Shown: positions 37,074 to 50,404, counted from the first letter of the stretch. The stretch: DNA of 64,000 bases from Aplysia californica (GCF_000002075.1 NW_004797305.1:1869239-1933238); one strand, 5' to 3'. Notes: generated by a model from the sequence alone, not told the origin. A program made the numbers and translations.

Positions 37074-40000
37074 CTACATGCTAGAAAGACAACCGTGCCT
37101 AACATCACTGTACTCTGTGTGCGGTGACACACCCCGGCCACAGATGCTGATCAGGCCTTGATGAACTCTGAAAATAAGAAAAAAACCACACAAAAAAACA
37201 GATTATTTTTTATACTCCAACAGTTTTTCTTAATAATTCCTCCAAGATTCAAAGCAGCAAGGCAAGGGAACACAAAACCAGTTTCAAAATACATGAATCG
37301 CATAAATACTAATTGTGAACTTGTCCAACATTACTGAGATGTAGTCCAGCTTCCCTTCACTTCAGATTGGGATTACAATACACACTGCCCAAGAAATAAA
37401 AGACCTTGTCATCATCTTCATAATTATTAGCACTGCTTTATAATACTTGACTTTCCCTGTGACCAGTCTTGAGAGTAATATTTATCACTGACCCTCTAGA
37501 TCAAGGTGAAAAGAACAATAAACAGATCTTAAAGAGATGAGGAAAATCTAGAAATTTAATTAATTGTTTGTAATGTGTCTAGGAGTTGACCGGACTGATC
37601 TAGTACGAAGAGTTGGGATGGGTTCGAAGGTCTTTTCAAACACACTAACGTTCCCTAAAAAGTTGGAACATTGAAATTCAATGTCTATTTCTGATATAAG
37701 GGGGCAAATGTAAAATACAGTCGAACCTGCCATGACGGCCACCTGTATAATACAGCCACATGTACAAACGGCCAGTTTCCATTTCCCTCTTTGTGTTTTT
37801 TCCTTTATTATTTCACTGTATAAAATGATCATCCGTCCAACTTTGCAGCAACCACCATATTTTATCAACCAACAACCAAAAATACCGGTCTGAGACAACT
37901 ACACAATTCTCTAATCGCCAGATATTTTGTCACAAATTATGTATTAACCCCTGATGCTGTGGGGGAGCCATCATAATCCATTCACCTGTCGTTATTGTTA
38001 GTCCCTCCAAAGAATGATCATGTTGTGTAGGTCATTTTTTACAAAAGTTGATTATTTGGTAACAATAAATTTTCAACTGCTGGTGAGGGAAGCATGTGAT
38101 CTGACATAACCTATAAGCCCAGCTCCATAACTCATACAAAAATCATAAGTGAGATAAGCGGTCACTGTAGGTCAACACGAACTTGCGACAGAAGCGTCGC
38201 TCGTTCTCCAAGGTATTTGTTTTCCCATGGCACTTGGTCTTCCCCATCGGACACATTTAGTTTTATTTTACCCTTGCATAAAATCAGTAACAGAAAAAGA
38301 AAAGCTAACCAAAAAAAAAAGGAACACAAAAAAACCCACCTTCTTATCACCCCCCCCCCCCCCCGCCCCCCACATACACACACTTTTTTTTGTCAACTGA
38401 ATACTAACGAAGTAACATCAACCCTGAAGGGTCAATGATCTGTTCTAAAATATGAGAACCCTAACAGCAAGAAATAAACAAAATTTGACAAGTTAGCTTC
38501 AGGTGAGCCTGTGACCAAGAAACAATAACAAAAACAACAGACACAAGAGATTTGATACGGAAAAAGAAGCTACCAGCTACACCTTACAAACATCTGAGGT
38601 CTTGATGAGACCACCAAGAACATGTGAAATTTAAGCAATCTGATATCTTAGCTTAGTAGAAGCCTGAAGACACCATAGTGACTTGTTTATTTGCTATGAG
38701 TGAAAATTTATGAGTGATGTCAACACTAACTCTTGAAGCCCCTAGCAAAACGTCACCTTGGGTGACCTGTGAGCATCGCTTTCAACGTACTAAGGCAAAA
38801 CATCTCAAGTGTACATTCAAGGTTTTGGAATACAGGTCTTTTCTCGTTTTCCTCTTTTTCATGTCCGTCATCTTATCAATGATGAGGAAAACAAATCTTC
38901 AAAAACTCTTTACTCTGCCTGCTTCATACAAGACAAATTTTGAACTGAAAAAGACAAATTGAGAAACTTGAACTGACAGTAGTGTTTCCAAGACAGCAAA
39001 CCTCTCACCTGATGTCTAGTTCTCTACTTTTCACCATCTGGTTGTCTATGTTCCAGATGGCTACCATTTTCTCTTCCATTCTTGCTTTTTGCTTTTCCTC
39101 CTTTTTCCGAGCAATTTCCTTTCTTCGAGCAGTCTCCATCTCATAGAAAGTTTTACGGTACTGTGGGCCCACCAGTCTGGGTTGTTGTGGAGTCTGAAAA
39201 AAAGACAAAACTGTTAGGAAAATCTCTTTATATGTGACTGGTCAAAAACCACATTCTGTAGAAGACATGGGGTGGCAAGTTAACACCTCTGTATTAGCTG
39301 TGATTTCCAAAGTGCTGGCACTCTGATGTGTTACAGTCTTGCATCTGGTTATGAGATATTTTTGCCTACAAATAAAACCGCACGTCTATTTTTTCAACAA
39401 CATGACATTCATAGGTAGTAAAAGCAAAGCAAAGCAGATCATTGACTGAAAAGAACTCCGCTGATGCCTTCTGTAAGGCAGTAAAAGGTGCGGCCATTGA
39501 TTGACTGCATGATTGATTTGATTTGAATGTAGGTGGATTTTTGGTTCAGAGGTTGCTCACGAAGAAGGGGGAAAAAATTAAAGATTTTCTTTTTTTTTTA
39601 GTTTATAGTTATTTTTGGTTTAATAGAACAGCACTGTAATTCACACACAGGTTAACTACTGAAACCAAATTTACCTGTCCACCATTCTCCTTCCTCTCAT
39701 CATTATCATCCTCATCATCATCAGACATGTCCAGCGTGCAGATACTCTGAGCCCTCTGTATATCATCATCATCATCATCACTGTCCATGTCAGCGATGAC
39801 CTCCATTGACTTGTGTGTTGTGGCTTTAGACTCTACCCTTTCCATCTGAACATTAAAATGAGTACAAAATTTGAAAAACTTAAAACTAATAGTGCTCGCA
39901 TGAACAGCAACTGTCATAAAACTGGCCTTTTACTATGACTATTGTAATCGTAACTAAGCTTAGTCAGGTGGTTTCCCCCTTGTCAAACTAAATAGGGGCA

Positions 40001-41230
40001 GCACAAAGAGCAAATTAGCTCTTCCTCTTTGAAAGAATCAGTTTTGCCATTTAATCTTTTAGCATCACAAACTTACCTATTACTCTGATCCTGTTAACTT
40101 ATTTACATAGAAAACAAACCACACAGAGCAAAAAAGTTCATTCCTATCAGCAGAAAACATTACAGTTTGATTATAGATAAGATGAATTTGCTAAGGTTTG
40201 GTAGATTTTTGTTACGACTTTCAACAAGCGGCTGATGCTTAATTGGCGTTCCGGACACTAAGGGTTAAGCATATTAGAAATGACTAGTTACTTCCATACT
40301 CATTTCATATCATAAAGAAATCTTCAATGTATGTGGGCTCCCCTTTTCTTACTTTAATTTATAGATTCCAACAGACACAAACATAGAAGCATAAACAAAT
40401 AATGATGCTAGCAAATGCATTTGCACATATCCCACTCTATTTCCTCACCACAACAAAATATACTTCTTCTATAACAATCATCACTAGCAGATAAGCACAT
40501 ATTTGGCTGTTGTTGTGACAGTAAAAGCCAATATATAAGGAAAACTGACTGCCAGCTCTCAGAAAGAGGGTAAGTTAGAGGGTTATGAAAACATAAATGT
40601 TAAAACATTGTTCATGTACCACAGTTTCTATTATGGCATTACAACTTGGGCAAAAGATCAAGTAAATAATATCTGCACCTGATACTTGATTTCACTGAAG
40701 TCATGATCATTGTAATTCCAGCTCATTGGGAATCGTGGCCGGAAGCGAAGCTCTTTGATTTTGTGGCGCTCAATGAAGGGGAAATCAAACTGGAAATAAA
40801 TAAGACACTCATGGCTTAAAATTACATGTTTACGAGAGAGTATATTTACATACATATGGGTATCAAACAATGAGTACAAATATAATCAGTTCAAGGAACA
40901 TTCTTTCCGTAATAATCAACATTTAATGAAACTGACAACCTATTGCCAAGTAGGAGAGCATAACTTCAGTACGATTGAGAAGGTCAAGTGAATTTCTTTC
41001 CTTTCTTGTTAATAATTAAGTATCCAACAAAGTAAAGGCAAAGACACAAGTGACTTCTCAGGTATATGTAAAGCAAGGGATAGAAGATCCCTAGCTACAC
41101 ACGATTTCATTATTTCATTTGAGCTCGTACATCCTTTTTGAAACAATTAAACTATTTGTGCACATCTGCAGATACACACCCAGCCACTCATACTTCCTCA
41201 CTCATCCACTTATACACACGCACACACACA

Positions 41231-41286
<56 letters not shown>

Positions 41287-44200
41287 TCATTCATGAGTGC
41301 TCACACACACAGGGTTAGTTTTGTTCTTGTACCATAGTTCAAAATTAGACATGACATTTGTGCTACATACTAGGGTGTCTATAAAGAGGATCCATTTAAA
41401 GGGCAAAAATGTCAGCTATTGATATCCCCTTCCTTGAATTTTATCTATTTGAATTTGAAGTTTTGTTGAAATTAGGGCAAATATAACAGAGTTATTACCC
41501 TTTAAATGGGTCCCCTTTTTGTTTTAGACTCCTGATATTCCAACGATAAAACTTACCGGATCTTTCATATTGCCATGTCTCCTGAGGTGTCGGACATATT
41601 CTTTCCTCTCTGTCTCTTTGACCAGCACCAGATCAATCATTCCACTACAGAGATGGGAGTATCTGTGCAGACCCTGAGGTGCAACGTCACAGAGACCCGG
41701 TATGGCAAACAAACCAACATTCATAAACTTTCCCTTGAGAGATCGCCACGGACTGTCTTGAGGCAGGTCTGTATATGAATGAAACAGAGAGGGAAAGATT
41801 TTAATTACGACTTGAGTAGAGTTAGTAATACTGTACTCTGTATCTAGGGATATAAATAGAGCATGCATTGTTGTTATGGAAAAAAGAAGGAAAGCAAGAA
41901 AAGGTTACTTTAGTCCTCTTTGTCAGAAAATTCAATTGACACTGGCTTGTAAGTCTATACATATTTTAAATCATATTCATATCAAATTTTTCACAGACTG
42001 AAGCATACTCTATGGCACATATACACTATTTCTGTTTACCATACACAATTTAAAAACCTTTCTGATTAAGGAGTAGGCCTAATATCTCTTGATCTAAATT
42101 TAGTGTGTCAGCTTTACTGCATTCGTAATAAGGATGAGTTTCAGAAGGATGGTTATTAGGAAGTGCCCTTGAACAGGACGTATTAGCCTTGCCTGTCAAA
42201 ACGATAGTATCCATATTATTTGGGTCACGATGTGGTGGAATCAGGTGCTCGTCAATTTTTTGGCATATGGAGTTATTGGTATCATCTTAAAGCTTGTCCA
42301 TTTGCCTTGCTTTGATGAAAACATTACCCATTTATCTGGGATACAAGTCGAGATATTTGCGATTGAAGGAAGTGGGGTCGCCTGGTTTCAGAGGTATAAT
42401 TAGCAAGAAAAAGGCAGCCAAAGTTTAGTTATTTCCTCAGCCCGTTTTTTCAGAAAAATCCACATGAAATTGTTTTTTTAATGGGCATTAAAGGTGTTGA
42501 GCCGAAAAACAAAAATGAGATAAAAATTCCCAAACCTGCGGAAAAATGCCAGTTTCTTCACTTTCAATATTTTGACGAGTGCCTGATTTCACCACATTGC
42601 CTCACATTTAATCAGGCAATCTTACCAATGACAGAACTGGCATTGCTTGTGAAAGACTCGTTAAGTGGGTCAAGTTCCTGGACTAGGTCAGACACAACAG
42701 CGTCGCTCTCATTCTCCTTGTCCGGCACTTGACAAACTTTGCACCTGAAATACAGAGATGCCACATTTAAAAGAACAGCAGTGCTCCATGAAGCACTGTA
42801 AGACAACAATAACAAAAGGGCCAGATGAAACACAGTACAACAACCTTAGATATGCAGTACATTATGGTCTGTTTTCGTTTTTGTAAGTGTTTTACAAAGC
42901 TCGCAACTGCATAAGGTCATATCAGTGCGTGGGATACATTAAAATTTTCAGTAGGTAGGAAATTTTGAATTTTGCTCGGGTGGCGGCCGAAGCCTACTCT
43001 TATTAATTTTATACCATCAAGGGATCTTTAACGTGAACAACTTGCACACGCGATCTCCGGGATTTTTCGCCCTTGTCCGAGAAGGCTAGGTGTAGATCTT
43101 TCCTATCAGAAGACCAGGGGTGTGGCTGAAAGTCAGCAGTAAGAAGGAGCCAAGGAGAAACAGTAGAAAGGCAGCAGAAAGAGTCAGGAGCCCAGAGGAA
43201 GGGGCAAAGGAGGTGAGGAGGTGGGGGCAGAAAGAGAAGACGAAAGCAGACGACAGAACATTGTTAGAGAACAGGAAAGGGGGTGAAAGGAGACAATTTT
43301 AGAGAAGCAAATTTTTACATCGCTACCTGGATTCGAATCAGGACCTTTGATGGGCTTTTCAACAGTGAGGTCATTTGCTTATCTTACAGGCTGCACCTTC
43401 AGTTTAATGTCTATCTCAGTGGTGGAGAGCCATGGAAACTTTTCACACAAATTACATTCAAGAATAACTCAGAGGAAGGGAGATAATCCACACAGGAAGG
43501 AAGGATAAAGAGAGGGCAGGGTGATATACTCAAGGAGGAGAGTTGCTGATTGAGAGAAGGAACACATATAATAAGATTGGGCATATTAAAGAAGGGAAAC
43601 ATGAGGAGGGGAAGGAATACAGGTTTAGACTTACCCGGTTCTGCATGTTGTGTCTTTTGAGGCTGAATTTGACTCTGCCATGATGTACTCAATGTCACAT
43701 TCATATGCTCTGAAAAAAACAGCAAGGTGAAACTGTAATCAAATATTTCACTTCTAAAGTAGACGAACAATTAAAAATCTTCCACTTTGTTGGTCACCAG
43801 CTTTCCTGACCTATCTCCTTTAACACTTCGCCATCACAAGGCTCATGTAGTAAAAACCCTTGCCATCAAAGGCAAAGGCATTTGGGGGAAAATCCAAAGA
43901 AACTGGGTGGTAAACATCGCCAATCGGTGAGATGTGGCAGCAAAATGTTAAACCATATAGGTCAAAATACTTGAACTCAAAGGAGACTTTTGTTTCCAAT
44001 CTCTCAACCTTGTTAATCGCAAAATCTTGATGGCATGAGAAAGGTACTTGATAAAAAGCACACTCTGCTTCTTCAGGTGTCAGGTCTGGAGCAGACACTG
44101 ATGGTCGTAGCAACTGCATCCATTCTTTATTGAGGATTTAAAAGCTGAAATCATATTGAAGAAAGTGACAGCCTGCATCAGGTACTGAGTTTCTGAAAGA

Positions 44201-47200
44201 TATATAGCACTCAGGTAGAAAGCTGCTACGCCAAGAGTCTCTTTAACTTCTGCTGTCATCTTTCAAAATGAGCATTGTGCTATCCTTCGGATATTGTAGA
44301 CATTTTGAATGTTTGACCGATAACAATAGCAACAACAAGAACAACAAAAGCAAAGACAAAAACTAAAAAACAATAAGAAATACGTCTTTTTTACTCCTCT
44401 ACAGAACTATATATGGCATAAAGAAGTATATGAGACACAAATTTCATGTCTGTGGAATAATGGTTACGTTTTTCACAGTTGCAAACAAAATACCTTCATT
44501 ACTGCAAGGGGAAAGTTATCTTATTGAGTATCTTGTCTCTGTCTTTCTGTTGATATATTCCATTGAACCCAGGTTAGCCTTGACTACGCAATGCCAAAAC
44601 AGCTGGTCTCCTAAATTGCGTCCAAAGGAGGTGTAAAACATTTACAAAAATTTGTAACCACTCACAAGACACAAAGCAAAAAGACAACGCAGTGTTGCTT
44701 TTCAGTTCAAATCTAAGTTGAATTCAAATGACAATGGCAACATTAACCATGGACAGATTAGGACAAAAGTGACAAGGAAAGAAGCAAAAGAAGCAGATCA
44801 ACAGAAAGTGCCTGCTAATCTTGTAGCTTAAAATCAATGAGACACTTAAAAAAAAATCATACCTGAGCTTTGCTTTTGTCAGAGCCTTGATGAATGCTGC
44901 ATCTATCCGTTTGGAACCCAGTGCTTTGTAGCGTCTCATGAATGAGAGGACCTGACCAGCAAAGCCATACTGACAATTGAAGCCCCAGCATAGAAACTTC
45001 TCGGGAGTGGAGATGGAACATATGTCCACAGGAAGGAAGTTACCTGTCAGAGGAATTTGTTTGTTTGAGCGAAAAGATACGTGCAGTCATTCAAAACTTT
45101 CCACTGAGCTGAGTAAATGTTGACTTGTGGATAAAAACAAGTCAGCGCTACATTCCCAGAGGAAGTGATAAAAATCCCAACGGAAACACAGTAAAGATGT
45201 AGGAAAAACAGACCACGCCAGAATATTTAAAAAACTCGAGCTCGAGAAGCAGATATATATTTTCTAACTCTCACAAGTTGAAGGCCTGTTCTCAGTAGTC
45301 AGTTTTGTTGAAAACATGGATATATTTTAGCATTTTCATTATGAAAAAGACATGTCTAAAGCTACAAGCTTGCATTATCCGCCAACATGTGGAGAAAAGA
45401 ATGAAGATCTGATATATGAAGGTACAATAAGTAAGTGATTTGTAGTACAGGCAAGCAGATATTTATGATGAAGGAGGAAAACAAAATACAATGAAGAAAA
45501 AGCAATAAAGCAGTATAAAGTAAGAAGACATGATGACTTGTAAGAGTTAAAACAAGCATGGGCACACACATTTCTTACCATGTACAATGTGAATAGCAGC
45601 AGTGACAGGGTCAGCCACACCCATAACAGACTGAGCCACATTGTTGGTCCGTCCTGGGGAATTTAACAAAAGCAATATATTGATGTGAGGTAAAGGGATG
45701 TGAGTGGCAGGTGGCTAAATTTAGTGATGTGAGATTTTGGGGGAATAAGAGTTTGATTGTAAATCAAATTTGATAGTGAGGCTGGAAAACTGATCTTTAT
45801 CTCACTCAGCCCTGACCTCCTTCTGCGCTGAGCTCTGGACCCAACAGTATCGGGATGGAAATTTATACTGCTTAATAATGTAAACACACATCCAATGAGA
45901 ACAGACTATACTTTATATATGATCCTTGGCCATTTCTTTTAAAGAAACAGACTATTATAGAGGCAAAGGTAGTTTGTTTGACAGACAATGGAAAATAACT
46001 TAGTAGGCTACGTGGTAACGAAGTGGGAAATGTGGACGTGTCTTGGTCTTTCTTATGGGCTACTTTTTAGTGCCTATAGCTGTTGCTGACCTTTTTCAAA
46101 TGGCAATATCTCAAAGACTATCGAATATTTTCAAATCTGTAAACAGCAATAGAACATATAATAACTGTTTTAAGCGGTACATCCAATGTCTTATTTCGAA
46201 AGAAGGGACATGATCTTTAAAAACAATCAAAATTCTAAAACAATCCAAGTCACCTGTAGGGATAATGCCAAGGGGAACAGAACATCTGGCTGGTTGTGGG
46301 TGTTTCTTCATGTCTACATCCTTGTCTTTCTGAGACTTGTTCATCATGCTATCCACCAGCTGGTTCACTGTCCCATCACCACCCATACAAATGATACTGA
46401 GGACACAGATAGAAATCTAATGTTGAATGTTTTCTCTTTCTCTCTCTCCCCTCCCTCTCTCTTTCCCCCCCNNNNNNNNNNNNNNNNNNNNNNNNNNNNN
46501 NNNNNNNNNNNNNNNNNNNNNNNNNNNNNNNNNNNNNNNNNNNNNNNNNNNNNNNNNNNNNNNNNNNNNNNNNNNNNNNNNNNNNNNNNNNNNNNNNNNN
46601 NNNNNNNNNNNNNNNNNNNNNNNNNNNNNNNNNNNNNNNNTGCCATAGAATTAAGACTTTTTAAGTACACCATTTATTAATTATGATTTTCATTGATATC
46701 ATCATTATCATAAGCACCCCAAATACTAAAACTATGTCAAGGAGACAATCTAGATAGGTCCAAAGACAAACTCTCACAAATTTATGGCAGACTTTAGGAA
46801 TCAAATTGCGTCTAAAGTAATTTGTGACATCCTGGATCTACAAAATACAAAATACAGATGATGATTGGCGCATTTTTTCGTTGAAACAGTGAAAAAGATG
46901 TTAAGACATTAACCAAAAACTAACAACTTACCAGTCATAGTCTTCCATGTTCATGTGAGCCAGGTCTTGCTTCACAAATTCATTATGCGCAACCTCTGTA
47001 AAAACAATGAGCTATAGATTCAAAACGTGTGACAATAACAAATCTGACTTTTGAGGCACAAAATTTGCAGGGCTTTTTCCTCTCTATTTGCTAGGATAGA
47101 ACTAAGTTTATCGTACAATATGAGCATTTAAAATTTAATCAAGGATTGTGGTATGGATTCTTCTATTTGAGATATATAATAAAACTTTCTCAAGATCATA

Positions 47201-50200
47201 TCATGTGGCATGTTGAGAAAGGTACATAAGAGGCTCACTTTTGGGAAAGATTATGGTGTATACAAAGAGGAGGAAAAAAGAGTGTTTTAATTTTAAAAAG
47301 TTTTAATTGAAAAATGAAATTATGACCTCCAACAGTGCTTATGGCGACATCAAAGTGCATTAACAGCGGAGCTGGTGCTTTTTTAGGGAAAGACATATCA
47401 TATGTATACTTTATGATTTAATCCAGCACAGACAAACATTCTTTTCAATGTAGGGTAAAATGGAATCAAATAAATATGACACATTTTCTCATCTTTTCCA
47501 ACCTAAAGCCTTGGTTACAGGATGTAGGCTTCCCTTTCATAGGCCAACCCATGGCTACATACCCAATGCATATTGTATTGTATAGAAGCAAGCAAATCTA
47601 AAAGCCATCATAATAGTCTACAAGTTAGTAGATGTGCCTGCTATAAAGATATAATCTACTCTTCTATCTATTGTTTATCACATGCCTGCTGCTTTATAAG
47701 GAGTGGATGCAAGAATGAGAGGAAAAAACCCCCAATATGCAGGTAAATGCAGTTGTACTTTGATGTGTGCATACGGGTAAGAAAGCTTTAAAAGTCCCTT
47801 CCTTTTATACTAATAATTATTCCCTTTGTCCAATAGCTAACTAGACAATAAGAGGAAAAAATAGTTCACCTGAAAGGTCAACGCTAACTCCAGCAGCCTG
47901 GAATATGGGCAGGATAGTCCTGGTAAACACATTTCTTCCAGTCTTACTTCCTGCATATGGTTGCAGAAACAACTTTACTATTGAAGGTCTTTGATGCACA
48001 GCTGGGAAAAACACCAAAAATATTGGGCATAAAAAAACAAAATAATCTTGGATCATTCCTTCTAGGAAGATCACCTGAACAGAAGGTGAACATTTTTCTC
48101 CCTGAAAAGAAAAGGCAAGGAACAGAAGCGAATATGGGTCCTTAAGCTTTTTTGGGCGAAAATGTAAAAAGTATTTCTGGGACAAATGCTGCTGAGACCA
48201 TACACTTTTCCTACATGATTTTTTTCAAGTACAACAAATCTGCTAGTCGTTGTGTCATATGTTCTAGACCATAGATGGGTCATAATACCTCTTGAAAATG
48301 TAAACAAGGGTAGTCCATGATAAATGCAAAAGTTTGTGCCCAGATAAAGGTATTCTATTGGAAAGATATCACTAGACAAATACTGTCAAACAAAACAATA
48401 ACGAAAACTGAATTAATATTAGATATATATGAGAACTTTAATTAATTTCACCAATTATTACAGATTTCTCCCTGATCATAAAAAAGACAATAAGTCTGTG
48501 TCTTTACTTACATCGTATATAATTCATAATTCTGTTTTTCCATTCTGTGCAGAGATCAGAGCTTGGATGTTCCATGAATATCGTCTTCTCTCGTAGAGTA
48601 TTGGCATCCTTTCGCTCGGACGTACTAAGAACCAATCCCAGGCACGTTCCATCCTCTTCTTTCTCACCAGGTTTCTGCCTGCGCCTGACTTGAGCACCGA
48701 ATAAGGAATCCAGTGCTAGCCCATCTGACACAGTATCCTCTGATAAAGAGGGCCTCCTTCCTCGGAAAATACCAGACAGTTTTCCTGATTTTTTTCGTCT
48801 TCCTAAGTATGAAAATAATTAGGACAAAAATTACTAGTAGAAAAACATTGATTATTCTTTTTATTAAGTAAGACACTGCAAAAGATCACAACTGTTATAA
48901 ACAACCGTTTAAAATAAATTTGCAAGGTATACATGTGAGAGAAAGATAAAAACCAGAAACAGTGCTAGAAAGGAAAAAAAAGAATGAGCAAAAATGTAAG
49001 GGCACGTAGGGGGACTGCTCTGCAGACACATTCTGTGCAAGTTAACAACACTTCATAGAAGATCATTTTGAAGAGTCCCAAGGATCATGTCTTGGACAGG
49101 ACGTCTAATGAAAAGCCTGACTTAAATTGAGGCTGACAAGGTACAAGAAAAAAAAGTGAGTCGGTGAGATATGGAGGCGTCGGAGATAATCCAGAGTCAT
49201 GTTATAAGGTGAAGATTCGCTGACTGCCTATATATCTCCAGGACCCACAGGCTTGAGCTAGCAAGTAAAAAGTGCTGCAAAAAGCTTCTTGGCCAAAAGT
49301 GCACAAATAACAGCATCTTTATAGTTCAACTGAAAACATTTGGCCATAGATAGGATTGGCTTGTAGCAGGAGGTGCACACATTTACCAGCAGCAGTCTAG
49401 CTATGCCTGGACAAAACCCCCCATTCAATTAAGAATATAAATTATAATTTTCCTGAGTCACATATGAAACGATGTTGAGAAGACTGTGTTCATGGATAGT
49501 CTGGTTTGGGAGTGAGCAGGTCGTCCGGTACTGTTAAAAAACCTGGGCCAGCTGTTTAACTGGTATTGAGAAAAAAAAATGTAGGCCTTAAAAGAATATA
49601 CAGTAGGCCTATTATCGAGCTGGAATATAAAAATAAATCTAACTTGGCTTACTCTCTCTAGATTTAACCACAAGCTAGATTTTAAAATAATAGAGGGCAT
49701 ATGTCAAGTGTACATATTGTGTGAAGCGTGTTGACAAAATGAGTTACTTGTTACTTCTCGGATTCAAGCCTTTATTAAGAAAATAGATAGATTCTAGATC
49801 TACATCACGTTTACAGGTGAAGTTTTTACAATTTGTAAATGTGAAATAGATCTAATAAAAGACAAGTTATAGATAAAAGAAAAAAGCATTAATAGAAAAT
49901 CTATAAAGTTGACCCTAATGTCGATTTTTGGTCAATATCTCCATTTGTGGATTTCGAGAAAGTGACTTTTGTCAGCATGCCTCACGTATTTGAACATGAA
50001 GTTGTGATCAGACATCCTTTAAAATAAATTAAGCAACCTTTCTGCATCAAAGAAGATGTATTTAAAACACTGTTACAATGTTTAAAAGCAACAACAACAA
50101 TAACAATAGAAGCAACTAAAAATAAACGGTTGGTCTCACCTAATGCATTCATGTTCGCCCAAATAATCTTCCCTCTGCTTTCAGAAAGCGTCACGTCATA

Positions 50201-50404
50201 TCCCTCTGAATCAATGGTAAACACTGCTTTTGAGTCTTCTTCATATTTCGGACCTTTTGGTTTGCGCTGTGCACCATCAGATGATTTTCCCTTTTTGCCC
50301 TTTTTAACTTTGGGTGGTTTTGAGGATACTGGAGACGAAGGATTCGATGAATCATCAACAAGAACCGGTATTCCGTCGTCACCGTATATGTACTGTGGTT
50401 CCAT
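37074..50404 (-). CDS. CERKL: Ceramide kinase-like protein (PH-like domain + DAGK/SphK-type domain), 14 coding exons, 699 aa
   Basis: Exons (minus) 50404-50140, 48784-48512, 48001-47870, 46995-46932, 46396-46254, 45653-45579, 45043-44863, 43709-43635, 42744-42626, 41768-41557, 40789-40679, 39845-39675, 39193-39009, 37167-37074. All are GT-AG and phases close (2100 nt). Motifs: CIICMGGDGT, PLGIIPTG, VDICSISTPEKFLCWGF..QYGFAG, AFIKALTK, W..LKGKFMNV...AIPGLCDVAPQGL, YVRHLRRH..MKDPFDFPFIE, WNID, RVHQGLI. From recall these are closer to CERKL than to CERK. Confidence 0.88.
37716..37860. mobile_element. One end of a pogo/Tc1-like element
   Basis: TACAGTCGAACCTGCC terminus with subterminal repeats resembling the 27195 element. 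The other end was not found. Confidence 0.55.
41214..41284. repeat. (CA)n microsatellite
   Basis: Direct observation. Confidence 0.95.
41372..41533. mobile_element. Small degenerate IR element next to CERKL exon 10
   Basis: GTCTA..AAAGAGGATCCATTTAAAGGG pairs with CCCTTTAAATGGGTCCCC...TAGAC. Confidence 0.45.
42218..42609 (+). mobile_element. MITE family C copy in CERKL intron 9
   Basis: TIRs GTGGTGGAATCAGGTGCTCGTCAA / TTGACGAGTGCCTGATTTCACCAC. Confidence 0.8.
42880..43350 (-). mobile_element. SINE family B copy in CERKL intron 8
   Basis: Colinear with the other copies and slightly 5'-truncated. Confidence 0.85.

Noticed and set aside
37074-37091. Possible CaaX prenylation signal at the CERKL C-terminus (GCLSSM)
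   Set aside because: The Cys is fifth from the end, not fourth.
43165-43190. SINE-B cryptic acceptor CTGACTCTTTCTGCAG is mutated in the sense intronic CERKL copy, suggesting selection
   Set aside because: The antisense copy at 36.6 kb has also lost it, and copies at 2.36 and 2.73 kb retain it in sense to the left gene. There is no consistent pattern.
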